DNA of 63,213 nt, counting the filler, from Chiloscyllium plagiosum (Eukaryota): assembly GCF_004010195.1 (NCBI RefSeq). It is 3 parts of one record of this genome, joined end to end, with 100 filler letters (N's around TTAATTAATTAA, not from the genome) between each part and the next. Parts side by side here need not be neighbours in the genome. Positions count along the whole stretch, not along the records: positions 1 to 22,982 come from NC_057717.1; 2 more parts are not named here. The stretch is one strand, 5' to 3'. This document shows positions 1 to 13,282 of this stretch, one piece after another (position 1 is the stretch's first letter; each line of letters opens with the position of its first letter). The position numbers and the translations under genes are program-made. The notes beneath the pieces are model-generated. The model was given only the letters and a program-made list of their open reading frames with translations. It was not told the origin of the DNA and made no database searches.

Positions 1-945
1 ATAAAAATTACGAACAGCAGAGGACCCAGAACTCATCCCTGCGGAACTCCACTTGTAACTGGGCTCCAGGCTGAATATTTACCATCTACCACCATTCTCT
101 GACTTCGACCGGTTAGCCAGTTTTCTATCTAATTGGCCAAACTTCCCTCTATCCCATGCCTCCTGACTTTCCGCATAAGCCTACCATGGGGAATCTTATC
201 CCTTTCTTCAGGTCCCTTCTGGTTATCATGTATCCCTCCACTGCTCTGTCTGAACCCTGTTTCCTCAACCTTATGTAAGCCTCCTTCTTCCTCTTTACAA
301 TACATTCAACCTCCCTCGTCAACCAAGGTTCCCTCACTCGACGATTTCTTTCCTGCCTGACAGGTACATACATATGAAGGACACGTCGTATCTGTTCCTT
401 GACATCCTTCCCTGACAGCCTATGCTCCCAACTTATGCCTCTCAGATCCTGTCTTACAGCATCGTAATTACCCTTCCCCCAATTGTAAATCCTACCCTGT
501 TGCATGCACCTATCTCTCTCCATAACCAAGTTGAAAGTCACAGAATTGTGGTCACCATCACCAAAATGTTCACCCACTAACAAGCCCATCACTTGTCCCG
601 GTTCATTACCGAGTACCAAATCCAAAATGTCCTCCCCTCTGGTCGGACAATGTACATACTGAGTTAGAAAAGCTTCCTGGACACACTGCACAAACACCGC
701 CCCATCCAATCTACTTGATCTAAAGAGCTTACAATCAATATTTGGGAAATTAAAATCGCCCATGACTACTACCCTGTGGCTTCTGTACCTTTCCAAAATC
801 TGTTTCCCAATCTGTTTCTCCATATTTCTGCTGCTATTGGGTGGCCTATAGTAAACACCCAACAAGGTGACTGCACCTTTCCTATTTCTGACTTCAGCGC
901 ATACTACCTCTAAAGGCAGCCCTCCCTCGAACTGCCTTTCTGCCT
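1..945 (-). mobile_element. CR1 LINE fragments (APE endonuclease joined to an RT segment through an internal deletion)
   Basis: ORF 149..865(-) has GVYYRPP, VVMGDFNFPNID, PTRGEDILDLVL and GDGDHNSV endonuclease motifs; 1-195 reads as the RT VTSGVPQG segment on the minus strand. Confidence 0.9.
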
Positions 946-959
946 TTCGAACATCATGG

Positions 960-2120
960 CTAATGTTATCCTGGTTTCAACTCTACTTTCTGGCCTGGTG
1001 ACTGTCATCCTCACCACATCAGAAACACACCTATTTGTTTCTTGAATCCGTTCATTGATTTTTCCCTCCAATACACTGTGGGACAGTGAGTTCCACAGAT
1101 TCACAATCCTCTGAGAGAAGTAGTTTCTCATCCTCTTAGTTCTAACCCTACCTCCTCTCACTCTATATCTGTGACTGCTTGTTCGAGACTGTCTCACAGG
1201 GGAGTATTTTTCCAATCTCCTTTCGAGTTTCTTTATGTCAATCAGATTCTCCCTCAGTCTTCAGAACTCCAGCGATTATAAGCAGATGCTATTTAACTGC
1301 TCATCGTAAACCGCCATTTCATTCCTGGAATCAACCTGATGAACCTCATCGGAACTGTCTGAAATGCCACCAAATCCTTCCACAAGTCAGGGAACAACAC
1401 TGGACAGAATACTTGTGATGTGAAACCAAGGTCTTAGATAATTAAAGCAACATATCTTTTGTAATCCAATTTTTTCTGCGATAAATGCCAGTCTTTCATT
1501 TGCCTTTTAAAATACATGTTGCACCTGTACACGTACTTTCTACGAGTGATGCATGAAGACAACTGGAACCTTCATCGATGACGTACTTTGAATTTGTTTC
1601 CTATTTAATTAATAATTTAACCTTAAACTGTTCCCGCTAAAACAGACAACCTCGCGCTTTTCCACATTAAACGTCATCTGCCATGTGTTACCCCATTCTC
1701 CTAGCTGATCAATATTCATCTTCCAACTCCGTATCTGCTCATCACAGCCTGTTTTACCACATAGTTTAGAACCATCTCTGAACTTGTTCCAACAACTCTG
1801 TCTCTCCTTCCTTTCATTTGTATATTGCAAACAATTGAAAATTGACAGCTGAACCCTGCAGCACCTCATTAGCTTCAGTTCGCCAGAGAAGAACGATTTA
1901 TACTAATGCTCTGCTTTCTTTCAGTCAGGTAATCCTCTATCCAATACATTATTCTACCCTTAACCTCCTGGGATCTAATCTTCTAGATCATCTTTCATGC
2001 AACACCTTGTTGAAAGCCGTCTGGAAGTCTAAATATAGATGGATCCTTATTATCCACCTTGCTGGTTTCATTCTCAAAGAACTCCAGCAAGTTTGACAAG
2101 CACAAATTGCCCATCATGAA
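960..2120 (-). mobile_element. Old degenerate CR1 LINE RT and 3' region
   Basis: Minus-strand ORF fragments NYFSQRIVNLWNSL and LGEWGNTWQMTFNVEK. Confidence 0.8.
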
Positions 2121-2258
2121 TTAATCTTTGTTTTTTCAAGTGTTCAGTTATTTCCGACTTTACAATTGACTGAAGCGTCTTCCCCACCACAGAGGTCAAA
2201 ATCGCTGCTCTGAAGTTTCTCACTTTTTACATACGTCCTACTTTGAAGAATCATGTCA

Positions 2259-2576
2259 GGGCGGCACGGTGGCTCAGTGGTCAGCACTGCTGCCATATAG
2301 TGCCAGAGACCTAGGCGCAATTCCCTCCTTTGGTGGCTGTCTGTGTTGTGTTTGCACATTCTCCCCCTGTCTGCGTGGGTTTTCTCTGGGTGCTTTGGTT
2401 TCCTCCCAAAGATGTGAAGGTCAGGTGAATCGATCATGCGAAATTACCCATAGTGTTAGGTGCATTCCACGGGGTAGATGTAGGGAAATGTGTCTGCGTA
2501 TGTTTGTCTTTGGAAGGTCGGTGTGGAGTTGCTGGGTCGAAGGGCCTATTTCCATACTGTAGGCATCTAATCTAAT
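2259..2576 (+). mobile_element. tRNA-derived SINE, HE1/V-SINE-like, near full length
   Basis: Head GGGCGGCACGGTGGCTCAGTGGTCAGCACTGCTGCC (A box), central TTTGCACATTCTCCCC..GTCTGCGTGGGTTT core, CR1-like tail GAAGGGCCTATTTCCATACTGTA and (ATCTA)n end. Confidence 0.85.
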
Positions 2577-2979
2577 TGCTAATTTTCCAATACTTTGGAA
2601 CTATTCCAGATTCCACGGATTTTTTTTTAACATTCTAATTAACCAATCCCCTATCTCTGCTGTCACCTTCTTTAATATCCTAGAGAGCAGGTCATCAAGC
2701 GTGAGAGCCTAACCTGCCTTTAATCCGACCAATTTACTTAATCCCTTCTTCCTCGTCATCGTACTTCCATTAAGATTGGTTGCAGTTGCTGTACATTTTG
2801 TGAATAAATTACTATCCGTGTGCAAACAGGAAGCGTTGGTTCTGCTTCTGCTATTTCTGAGTTTCCCATTATTACCTCGCCATTTTCATCCTCGAAAAGG
2901 ACAATATTTACTTTCACCATTCTCTCCCTTCTTACATATTTGGAAAAGTGCTGGATTTAAATTCTCAGGCGAAAACTGA

Positions 2980-3770
2980 TTATCTTGTATGTCTCTATTA
3001 AGTCACCCATCAATCTTCTTCTCTCCAACGAAAACAGCCTCAAATCCCTCAATCTTTCCTCCTAGGACCTTCGCTCCATACCACGCAATATCATAGTAAA
3101 TCTCCTCTGCACCCTTTCCAAAGCTTCCACATCCTTCGTATAATGCAGTCACCAGAACTGTACACAGTACTCCAAGTGCGGCCGCACCAGAGCTTTGTAC
3201 AGCTGCAGCATAACCTCATGGTTCCGGAACTCAATCCCTCTATTAATAAAGGCCAAAACACTGCATGCCTTCTTAACAGCCCTTTCAATCTGCTCATCTG
3301 CATTCCCGAGATTCTTACCATTAGTCCGGTACTTTGCATTCCGATTACTCCTTCCAAAGTTTACTACCTCACACTTGTCCACATTAACTTCCATTTGCCA
3401 CCCTCAGCCCAGCTCTGCATTATATCTATGTCTCTCTGGAACCAATACATCCTTTGTCAGTATGCACAACTCCACCGACATTATTGTCGTCTGCAAATGT
3501 ACTAACCCACCCTTCTAAGCCCTCATCCGGGTCATTTATAAAAATGACGACAATCAGTGGACCCAACACAGATCCTTGCGGTACGCCGCTAGTAACTGGA
3601 CACCAAGATGAACATGTTCCATCAACTACAACCCTCTGTTTTCTTTCAGCAAGCCAATTACTGATCCAAAATACTATGCCTCCCACAATCCCATTCCTCT
3701 GCATTTTGTATAATAGCCTACTGTGGGAACCCTTTCCAAACGCCTTCGTGAAATCTAACCTACACATCCC
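2980..3770 (-). mobile_element. CR1 LINE RT fragment
   Basis: ORFs 3426..3806 and 3149..3394: [41 protein letters not shown]. Confidence 0.9.
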
Positions 3771-4188
3771 TGAACACAATGAGCGAAGAGTAACGCACCC
3801 AGACACATTCCCCTACCTTATATTGATTTTGCTTTCTCGTCACAGATACTGTCAAGACTACTGAGCATTTCCAAAGTCTTCTGGTTTTGCCACCAATGAT
3901 AGTCACATACTGATCAAAACTTTTGCAACTTCCACTTGAAAATGTGCTGAAAATAAATTCTCCGGCGAAAACTAAATGTGTGGACTTTCAATGATCACAG
4001 TAAATGTCCAGTAAGTTATTTTTGTTCAGTCCATGAAGATCACTTGTTCACATTCACGTGAATAAAGAGATTTTTACGTCTTTTAACATCAGACAGCTTG
4101 GAAATATACATTTTCTCAATTGTATGGCAATGTAATTGCATCCCATTCTTCCATTTCAGTCCAGTTAAGAGGATTATTCACAACCATA

Positions 4189-4364
4189 TACGCTGTGGGC
4201 CAGACCCGACGGGATTGATAGAGACCCGCATACTCACTGGGGGGCAGAACCTTCATCAGATGGCCGTGCTAAGAACTCGGGACCCCTATACGCTGTGGGT
4301 CAGCCCCGATGGGATTGATAGAGACCAGCATACACACTGGGGACGGAACCTACCTCAGATGGCT
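4189..4364. repeat. Two-copy direct repeat, about 75-bp unit with about 101-bp period
   Basis: TACGCTGTGGG..AG.CCCGA.GGGATTGATAGAGACC.GCATAC.CACTGGGG..GAACCT..TCAGATGGC at about 4189 and about 4290. Confidence 0.85.
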
Positions 4365-4597
4365 GCCTAGCGACCACTGCTGAGCATCCCTTTCCCAAGC
4401 GGACACTGGAAAAGTGGACAGGGAGGCGCAAGTGCTACTTTTTTAGGACCGGGAACAAAACAGCGAAATACCCCCGGGAGAAATTGCAAGCCTTTGCTTT
4501 AACTGTGGAACATGGCCAATGGGGGACAATGTGTCCTTATTGTCACCTTGGAGCTAACCCGAGGATCAACATGCATGCATCCAAGCAAAAGGAACAT

Positions 4598-5390
4598 CTG
4601 CTACTGTATACCGACTCTCATTCTGCTAATGCACACTGAGTCAAATTCTGTTAATATGCACTGACTCTCATTCTGCTCATATACACTGACTCTCATTCTG
4701 CTAATATACACTCTTGTTCTGCTAATGTGCACTCTTATTTTGCTAATGTACACTGACTCTCATTCTGCTAATGCATAGCGACTCATTCTCCTAATGAACA
4801 GCCTCTCTCATTCTGCTAAGGTACATTGACTCTCATTCTGCTAATGTACACGGACTCTCATTCTGCTAATATACACTCAGTCTCATTCTGCTAATGTACA
4901 CTGACTCTCATTCTGCTAATGTACACTGACTCTTATTCTGCTAATGCACACCGTCCCTAATTCTGATAAAGTCCAATGCATCTTATTCTGCTAATGCATA
5001 GCGACTCATTCTGCTAATGAACAGCCTCTCTCATTCTGCTAATGTACATTGACTCTCATTCTGCTAATGTACACGGACTCTCATTCTGCTAATATACACT
5101 CAGTCTCATTCTGCTAATGTACACTGACTCTCATTCTGCTAATGTACACTGACTCTTATTCTGCTAATGCACACCGTCCCTAATTCTGCTAATGTACACT
5201 GAATCTTATTCTGCTAATGCACACCGTCTCTCATTCTGCTAATGTACACCAGCTGTCATTCTGCTAATGTACACCAATTCTCATTCTGCCACTGTACACC
5301 GACTCTCATTCTGTTAATGTGAGCCGACACTCATTCTGCTACTGTACACCAACTCGGAATCTGCTAATATACACCGACTCTCTATCTGCT
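4598..5390. repeat. 25-bp minisatellite, about 31 copies, consensus TGACTCTCATTCTGCTAATGTACAC
   Basis: Head-to-tail copies are directly visible; the variant block starting ATGCATAGCGACTC recurs at 4771 and 4994 (223-bp higher-order period). Confidence 0.95.
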
Positions 5391-5549
5391 TTTGACGAGG
5401 ATGGTGGTTGTCGAACCTTGTGGGAACATATATGATTTTAACCTACACGTGACAAACCATTAGTAATGCTGTTTTGTCCAACCAGTGTGGCTGTTATCAA
5501 AATGTTCATTTCACGTTGAGGCAACTGATAAAGTCTCTAAGGGAAATGA

Positions 5550-7450
5550 GTGAGTAGATGCTGCTGCCAAGCACCCAGGCTTACACCCCAAATATCTGGT
5601 CCCATTGGGTTCCCAGTAAAGACCGGTCTGCGACCCAAAAGGAATCGGTTTTCCACACATGGGTACGGTACAGGAATCACAGGAAAATCGCCTGCTGACG
5701 GGGACTCAAATGGGGTGCTCTCCCAATACTCAAACCAAAATGTAAGTGACCCATGCTGGACAGGTTTACAATCTTTCTTTACAGCTGCCTATTTCAGTTG
5801 ATTATGTGCATTATTGTACTCACTTGGGTAAGGACAGAATAGTTAATACTCTAGTACAAACTTGTTGGCACCCAAATTTTCTAATGGCAGCTGAGGAAAG
5901 AGCTGATGCATAATTGATTCTTTTAAAATATTGAATGCTGTAAAAGGGATGTTAAACCATTTCCTTACCTGGTGGGCCTTCAACTTACCTACAATTTGCT
6001 TTGTACAATTATCTCATGTACTTTGTTATGAATATTGTCCAATAATCGTAAATGTATTTAGTAGATGAATCAAAACCATCCCAACCACTGATACTGCTGT
6101 CACAATAGTGGTAGACAAATGTGAAATATCTGTATCAGTAAACCAGAACATTTCAACGTTGCTATTCACAGGTATGCTAAGCCTAACAGTTAGATCTGGG
6201 GCAAATTGGAGTCGAGGTGGAAAGGCCCTTTCTTCGTCCTGTTGGTCACCCGCACAACAGTCAAGGTTAAGGGGCGGCCTGAATTGATGCACGTGATACA
6301 ATACTAAAGAGCTCCACGCCTCACCCCCAGAGAAACACCAGAAGACCCCATCAGAGATATTAGTTAATCATGAGTCCCCGAATGGCTCAGCCTGATCAAT
6401 CTGCCTCATACTACACTCTTTCTTATTTTTGTTTCAGTAACTATGTTTAATTGGAGCACAACGGATAGCCTAATAGCCTCTAGTAAATGGGAATTACAGT
6501 TTAATACTTTTCTTTATGCACAGAAGGCCAACCACACTAGATGGTGGATATGTGCCCATATCCCCATCCATCCTGAACTCGTACCAAATGAGCCATTCTG
6601 GAATTTGTGCAACTTGCAGCTTCTTATTTCCCCTGCTGGACTCGAAATCAAAGTAACCCTGCAGACAATCCTCTGTTTGATTCAGTTCAATGTTGTGACC
6701 CTCCTCTCCAGCGATCTCGCAGATGCCTAGATTTCCCCATCCTGATGGCACCCCAGATGATGATTCCCAGACCATGGCACCTTCTGCCCCTTTCCTTACT
6801 GACCCTGTGGACTACCTGCCAATCTCCAACTATCACCGCCTGGCATTCCCCCTGGTTCTGGGTATATTCCCCCTTTTGCTAACACCCCCTATCCAGTATT
6901 TTTAAAAAAGGTGGGATTGTGGAAGGAAATGTGAAGTGATTTTACACAAAGTGACCGTGAAAGCCATTTTATCACAATGTAATATTTGCAGCAATGTGCT
7001 AGCCCTGCTGTTTGAAACTAAGCTGAGGAATTTATTTTAATAACATGACGTTGCAGCTGCAAACTGTTCAGTTCCTCTGGCCCCTAAGACACAGTCATGC
7101 TTCATAGATTATGTGTTGTTCATTATGGCACTTATGTGTTTCTGTTTCTATCTAGGTAAACCTGTAGTATAAGATAACATTCAGCTTTGTAGACATTAAG
7201 AAATGTAGGTTTGTGCAATGTATGTGGCATCTGTATGACCTGACGGGTTAGCTTGCGACTGCCCGACGTTGATTAGTTACTGGTCAATGGGCTTGTTATA
7301 TACTATATAAGTTACAACACTGGACTTCATTGGAATACGTCAGACTTCTCTGACAAACGTTTACTTCCCCATGGCCATGATCAAAGATCAATGTCTTGAA
7401 TCATGACTAATTTGTTATAAACAATCCGGCATGAGATTTATTCCATCACA
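5550..7450 (+). mobile_element. Highly deleted endogenous retrovirus (class I, gamma/epsilon-like): integrase remnants, env remnant, PPT, 3' LTR
   Basis: About 6042-6115 IIVNVFSR*IKTIPTTDTAVTIV (integrase core); 6200-6307 GKLESRWKGPFFVLLVTRTTVKVKGRPELMHV (integrase C-terminus); 6443..6730 FNTFLY..ANHTRWWICAHIP (env SU, CWxC-like); PPT AAAAAAGGTGGGA at 6904-6916. Confidence 0.8.
6918..7450 (+). repeat. Putative ERV 3' LTR
   Basis: Starts TGTGGAA directly after the polypurine tract and ends TTCCATCACA (imperfect terminal inverted repeat); TATATAA at about 7304. Confidence 0.65.
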
Positions 7451-7503
7451 CACAGAAAATATCATTTATACTAAAAAACATTTATGTTTTCATATAATTG
7501 GTA

Positions 7504-8276
7504 TGTTACGTTAGGATGCAGAGTTCGAACCCCTCTGTTAATTCAAACTAAACACCCAGAAAATCTCGCCTCGCCTCGCAATCTATTAAAAGTGTAATGG
7601 ATTGAAGAGTTACTCCCGAATTTCCAATATTTAAAGAAAAGTAAGTTTACTTTCCTAACAGAACACTAAACAAAACTATTAACATATTGAATACTCTTTC
7701 CCATAACTGAGCACAATCCTATTAATGTTCTTATTAAACATTACATTAGCTTAATCTCAAGTCCACACAGGCTCTATCTTCTCCACTGTCTTTAACCTTG
7801 CATTTGCTGACCTCCCTGGGTCTTCTTTACACTTTTTACTGCACGGATGTTTTACAGAAAATGTACCCGTGATAGAGAGTGCCATCTAGTTTTTTTTTGT
7901 TGAGAGCGAGCGAGCTCTCCGGTTCTATAGCAGTTGCCCTTCTGTTCCGTGACAGTTGCGCTAAACAATTTTCAAAACGCACACATTTTTTGATACCTTG
8001 AACATCCTTCCCTGTCACCAGACAAATGTTATCAAAATAATAAATTCACACTTGACTGGGTTTTGCTATCCTGGGCATAATTTAAACTAATTGCTTCAAA
8101 CTTAATTGTTGTCAAAACAGCAACCAATATGCAGTATCCATTCAACAGTAATTGTTATATGTATTTACTTTAGAGCAGCCCATCTTCCAGCCTTTCCATT
8201 TGGGCAGCTGAGCTTGCAACATTCAGAAAAAACACGCCATTTTAAAATGAACACACTTATTTTCAACTATGTAACA
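7504..8276 (-). repeat. 3' LTR of the Gmr1-like element
   Basis: Bounded by the inverted termini TGTTAC (7504) and GTAACA (8276); the minus-strand PPT ATGAGGGAGGCGA abuts at 8277-8289. Confidence 0.8.
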
Positions 8277-11044
8277 TCGCCTCCCTCATATGAAAAAAAC
8301 AGCATAGTGAAAAGATAGCCTTATTTCTTTCTCTACTTCTGAAAACCATTTCTGTGAAATGCATTATTAATCTAATTCATTCCTCTCATATTAATTCTGC
8401 ACACATACATGACATTGGAATCGATATAGTCCAATCGTATCTACATCTTAGCTACAATCTTAACTATTTTAAATTTCTTTTAAATCCACAATAACGCATT
8501 TTACCACCCTCAACATGTACAATTTGTAAACTAAATGTACAATAATACCCCAATCCAATAGTCATCTATTTTTGTTTCTAAATCTTTCCAGAAATATGAG
8601 AGGGTTATGGTTTGTGTATACAACTGTCTCCAAAAAATTGTTCGTCACATAAATTTCAAACTGTTTTAAGGCCAGTTCCAAACATAAGAACTCTTTCTCG
8701 ATGGAAGACGATCTTTTTTTATGTAAATTGAGTTTCTTTAAGAGTAGCTAATTGGCCGTTCAGTTCCATTGTCAACTTCCTGAATCAAGGCAATTTTAAA
8801 CTCTATATCTCGAGCATCGATTCTGTAATAGCAAAATATTTGATGTGGCTAAAATTGGTGTTGTTCTTAATACGGATTTTAAACTCTCAAATGCCACCCG
8901 GCACTGTTCTGTCTGCTGAAAGTTCATGTTATTCTTTTTTAACTCTGTTGGCGGTGTCAGTACGCTGCTGAAGTTTGGAACAAACCTCCGGTAGAATCTG
9001 CCCAGTCCCCAAACTGAAACTCGTCTTTCTTTGAAGAATGTCGTAGAAAATTACCTTTGTCTTCTTATTCCTTGAGGTCAACTTACCATTAGCAGATTTG
9101 CTTTTAATCATCATTCAAAGAGCTTTGATCGATCCATGGATGGCTGAAAATCACATCATCAAGATAAATAGCACTATTTCTTCATACGATCAAAATTCTG
9201 TTCATTCGTCTTTGGAATATATTTAGTGCATTCTTCATTCAAAAGGGCATCATTTTGAATTGATATAGCCCATTGGGGTAACAACTGCAGAAACTTCTTT
9301 CGATCTCTCTGACAAAGGTATCTGCCAATAACCACAGAGTAAGTCTAATTTTGTGATGTAACTGGCTTGTCCAATCACCTCAAGAGTGGTATTGTACAGG
9401 AATCCGACTTAGCCAGAGTATTGACCTTCTGATAATCCATACAAAACCGTTGAGTCCCGTCAGGTTTGAGAAGTAACATGATCGACGAGCTCCACTCACT
9501 CTGCCTCAGTTCGATGAAGGCATCATTGAGCGTCACATCCACTTCCTTCTTGACCTATGTGGTTTTGAAATGATTATACTTGTTGAGTGTTGTTTTTGCA
9601 GAATAGCATTCCCTACTTCCACCTCTTGCGCAATAGTATTAGTCCTACCCATTCTATTCCTGCATATGTCCTCGTACTGCTGCAACAAACCTTCCAAATC
9701 AGGTAATTGCTCTGTAGACAGACATTGAATCCCATTACTACAAGGACTTTCTCATTGTTTAACATACTTTGAGGCACTTCAAAATCCATGAAACCTGGAT
9801 TTGATTTCTCACTCTGCGGGGCTGTAACTAACACCTGTTAATCCAGTTTCCTCTCTCTTTTACAGTAAGTTTTCAATATACTTACATGACACTCCGATAC
9901 GATCTTTTTCTATCTGGCATCTTTACCTGATAGCTTACTTCACTTGACTTTTTTCCCAACTTGATAGGGACCACTAAACCGGGCTTTGAAATGATCTCCT
10001 ACCACTGACAACAACACTAATGAATCATCCCAAAGGAAAACGTCTGAACTTTTGAGTTTTTATCTGCCACCTGCTTCATTCTCTACGGTATCCTCTTCAG
10101 GTATTGATTATCTAACTGACCTACACTTTTTAATCTTTACCTCATCTCCAAGTGTGCATAATCCAGGTGTGAGATTTCCGACTTTAGTCCAATCAATTCA
10201 TATTTCATTTGTCTCAAGGGGCCACTCACTATATGTCTGAATATTGACTCAAAGAGAATCATTTGAGTCGATTCATTTTGGGCATCTCTAATGGCAACAA
10301 TACCAATGTGGTACTTATGAAGCAATCACTCAGCTAATCTTGACAGTACCTTATAAACATGGTCTACACGATCTGATGCCACCCTTCCAAAGCTCCCTGC
10401 GATTCAGGATGCGACGCACTTGATTGATAGTGCTGTATACCGAAGCTATCCATGACTTCCTTAATCAAGCTAGCAGTAAAATTAGACGCTTGGACTGACT
10501 GAATCTCTCTGGGTAGCTCAAATCGGGTAAATAAAAGGCTACCAAATCCTCCATCACCCTTTTTGCTTTAATGTTCCAAAACGGATTGTCTCCAGAAATC
10601 TGGTAGACGCATCCATTCTGATTAGCAATATTAGTTCCCACCCTAAGGGAGGGGACCTACAAATTTAGTCATAACCCTCGTGAAAGGTTATTCAAATGCA
10701 GGAATTTGCCACAAAGGTGCTGGTTTTATTACTGCTTGCGACTAACCCACCATTTGGCATGTATGACATGTAGGACAAACGTTAACCACATCCTTGTGCA
10801 TTCAAGGCCAAATACATGCTTTTGTATCTTAGCCTGAGTCTTTCTGACACCTAGGTGACCTCCTACAGGTAGTTATTGCGCAACTCGTAAAACTTCATGT
10901 CTGACTGCAAAGGGCAATACAATCTGGTGCAATTCTGGCCATTCCTCCTGCGCACTAACCTGCCATGGTCTCCAGTTTTGTCTTAGGATCCTATCATTAA
11001 TATAATTTCCCTCAAGAATGCATTCTAATTTATTTTCTGAGTAT

Positions 11045-11072
11045 ACACACACACACACACAGACACACACAC
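11045..11072. repeat. (CA)n microsatellite
   Basis: Visible AC run. Confidence 0.9.
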
Positions 11073-12156
11073 GTATATAATGTATTTATCTTTTATTCTC
11101 TCTTCCTTCTTTTGTAAATCCATTAACCTTTCAGGACTAAACACTTCTGCCTGATCTTTGCCTGTTCGCTTTTTCTTGCACCATTATAACAAGTAAGGTG
11201 TTCGCCAACTGAACCTCAACTCTTTCATCTTTCTTTTTCGGGTTTCCTTCTTCCTGTAACCTATGACAGTGCAATTTTGTTCCTACGCATTTTTCTTTTG
11301 ACTCCCGAGTTCCTGGTCTTTCTTTGGCTTCTGCACCATAGGAGGCGTCACTCCCACCTTGCATCATGTTAAGTCATTCCCAAGAACAAACTGAATTCCT
11401 GGAACTGACATTCTATCAATAAATCCCACTGTAACTTCCTCAGTCTTGAGTTGGCTCTCCAACTTGATCTTACATAGGAGAATGCTACATTTCGGCCTGT
11501 CTTTTCCAAAAGCATTTAATCTTGGTTAACATGTCAGAAAGTCTGAAAATACTTTCATCTCTTCCGATCAGAGTCTCACCATAACCTGTATCTCTCAAAA
11601 AAGTCCAACTTCTTTCCCTTCTTCCCTTGTTCTTCCCGAGTAAACATTACCGAAAAGAGTGGAATTCTTTATAGAGATTGGGCACTAATGTAGCATCCAG
11701 ATCCTGCCTAGGCTGTGCAATTTCTTGCAGCTCCTCCACATGTCTTGGGGTTTCATTTCCAATTTTCACTAATACCAACTGGCTAATCCTCATTTACCAC
11801 ATTGCTTCCCACAATGCCATTCTTCCATGACCAGCATTTTGACTTTACGTGTTCCATCTTACCACAATGAAAACATCAGAGGCCTTTAACTTCCTTGGGC
11901 TTCTTCTTTCACCTGTGGAAAACTATTCCCAATGTGCACTTCTCTTTGCGTTGTGTTGACGGTACTCCCTTCTCCCAAAGTATGAAATTTGTGTCAGAAA
12001 CAACATTTTACCGTATGCTCCAATGCATATTCATCTGCCATCACTGCAGCTCTACTCACTTCTTGAAGCGTCTTTCCATCCACATAAATTCTTAACTTCT
12101 CTGGAAGTGGATTTTTTAAACTCCTCCAGCAGAATAACCCCTCTTAGAGCCTTATA

Positions 12157-13282
12157 TGTCATAGAGATGTCGAATATATAAACAGATCATTCGGTCCAAC
12201 CTGCCCCTGCCGACCAAATATCCCAACTTAATCTCGCCCCACCTGCCAGCATCCAGCCCATATCCCTCCAAACCCTTCCTATTCATATACCCATCCACAT
12301 GCCTCTCAAATGTTGCAATTGTACCTGCCTCCACCACTTCTTCTGGCAGTTCAATCCATACCCGTACCGCCCTCTGTGCGAAAAGGATGCCCCGTAATTC
12401 TCACCCTAAACCTACGTCCCCGAGTTCTGGACTCCCCGACCCCGGGGAAAAGACTTTCCTATTTACCCTAACCATGCCCCTCATAATTTTGTCAACCTCT
12501 ATATGGTCACACCTCAGCCTCCGCCGCTCCAGAGAAAACAACCCCAGCCTGTTCAGCCTCTCCCTATAGCTCAAATCCTCCAATCCTGGCAACAGCCTTG
12601 CAATTCTTTTCTGAACCCTTTCAAGTTTCACAATGTTTTTCTGAGAAGAAGGAGACCAGAATTGCACGCGATATTCCAACAGTGGCCTAACCAATGTCCT
12701 GTACAGCCGCAACATAACCTACATACTCCTGTACTCAGTACTCTGACCAATAAAGGAAAGCATACCAAACGGCCTCTTCACTATCCTATCCACCAGCGAC
12801 TCCACATTCAAGGAGCTATGAACCTGCACTCCAAGGTCTCTTTGTTCAGCAGCACTTCCTATGACCTTACCATTGAGTGTATAAGTCCTGCTAAGATTCG
12901 CTTTCCCAAAATGCAGGACCTCACATTTATCTGAATTAAACTCCATCCGCCACGTCTCAGCCCATTGGCCCATCTGGTTTAGAGCCTGTTGTAATCTGAG
13001 ATAACCCTCTTCGCTGTCCACTACACCTCCAAGTTTAGTGTCATTTGCAAACTTACTAACTGTACCTCTCATGCTCGCATCCAAATTATTTATGTAAATG
13101 ACAATAAGTAGAGGACACAGCACCGATCCTTGTGACACTCTACTAGTCTCAGGCCTCCAGTCTGAAAAACAACACTCCCCCACCACTCTCCGCCTTCTGC
13201 CTTTGAGCCAGTTTTGTATCCAAATGGCTATTTCTCCCTGAAATACATGAGATCTAACCGTGCTAACCGGTCAACCATGTCT
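12157..13282 (-). mobile_element. 5'-truncated CR1 LINE inserted in the gag of the Gmr1-like element
   Basis: ORFs 12719..13186 and 12401..12715 with CR1 RT motifs; 3' tail at about 12160; ATGTC on both sides; removing it rejoins gag as VKTYKALRGVILLEEFK. Confidence 0.9.

Noticed and set aside
4598..5390. CRISPR-like array
   Set aside because: Units are head to tail with no unique spacers, there are no cas genes, and the context is vertebrate; it is a minisatellite
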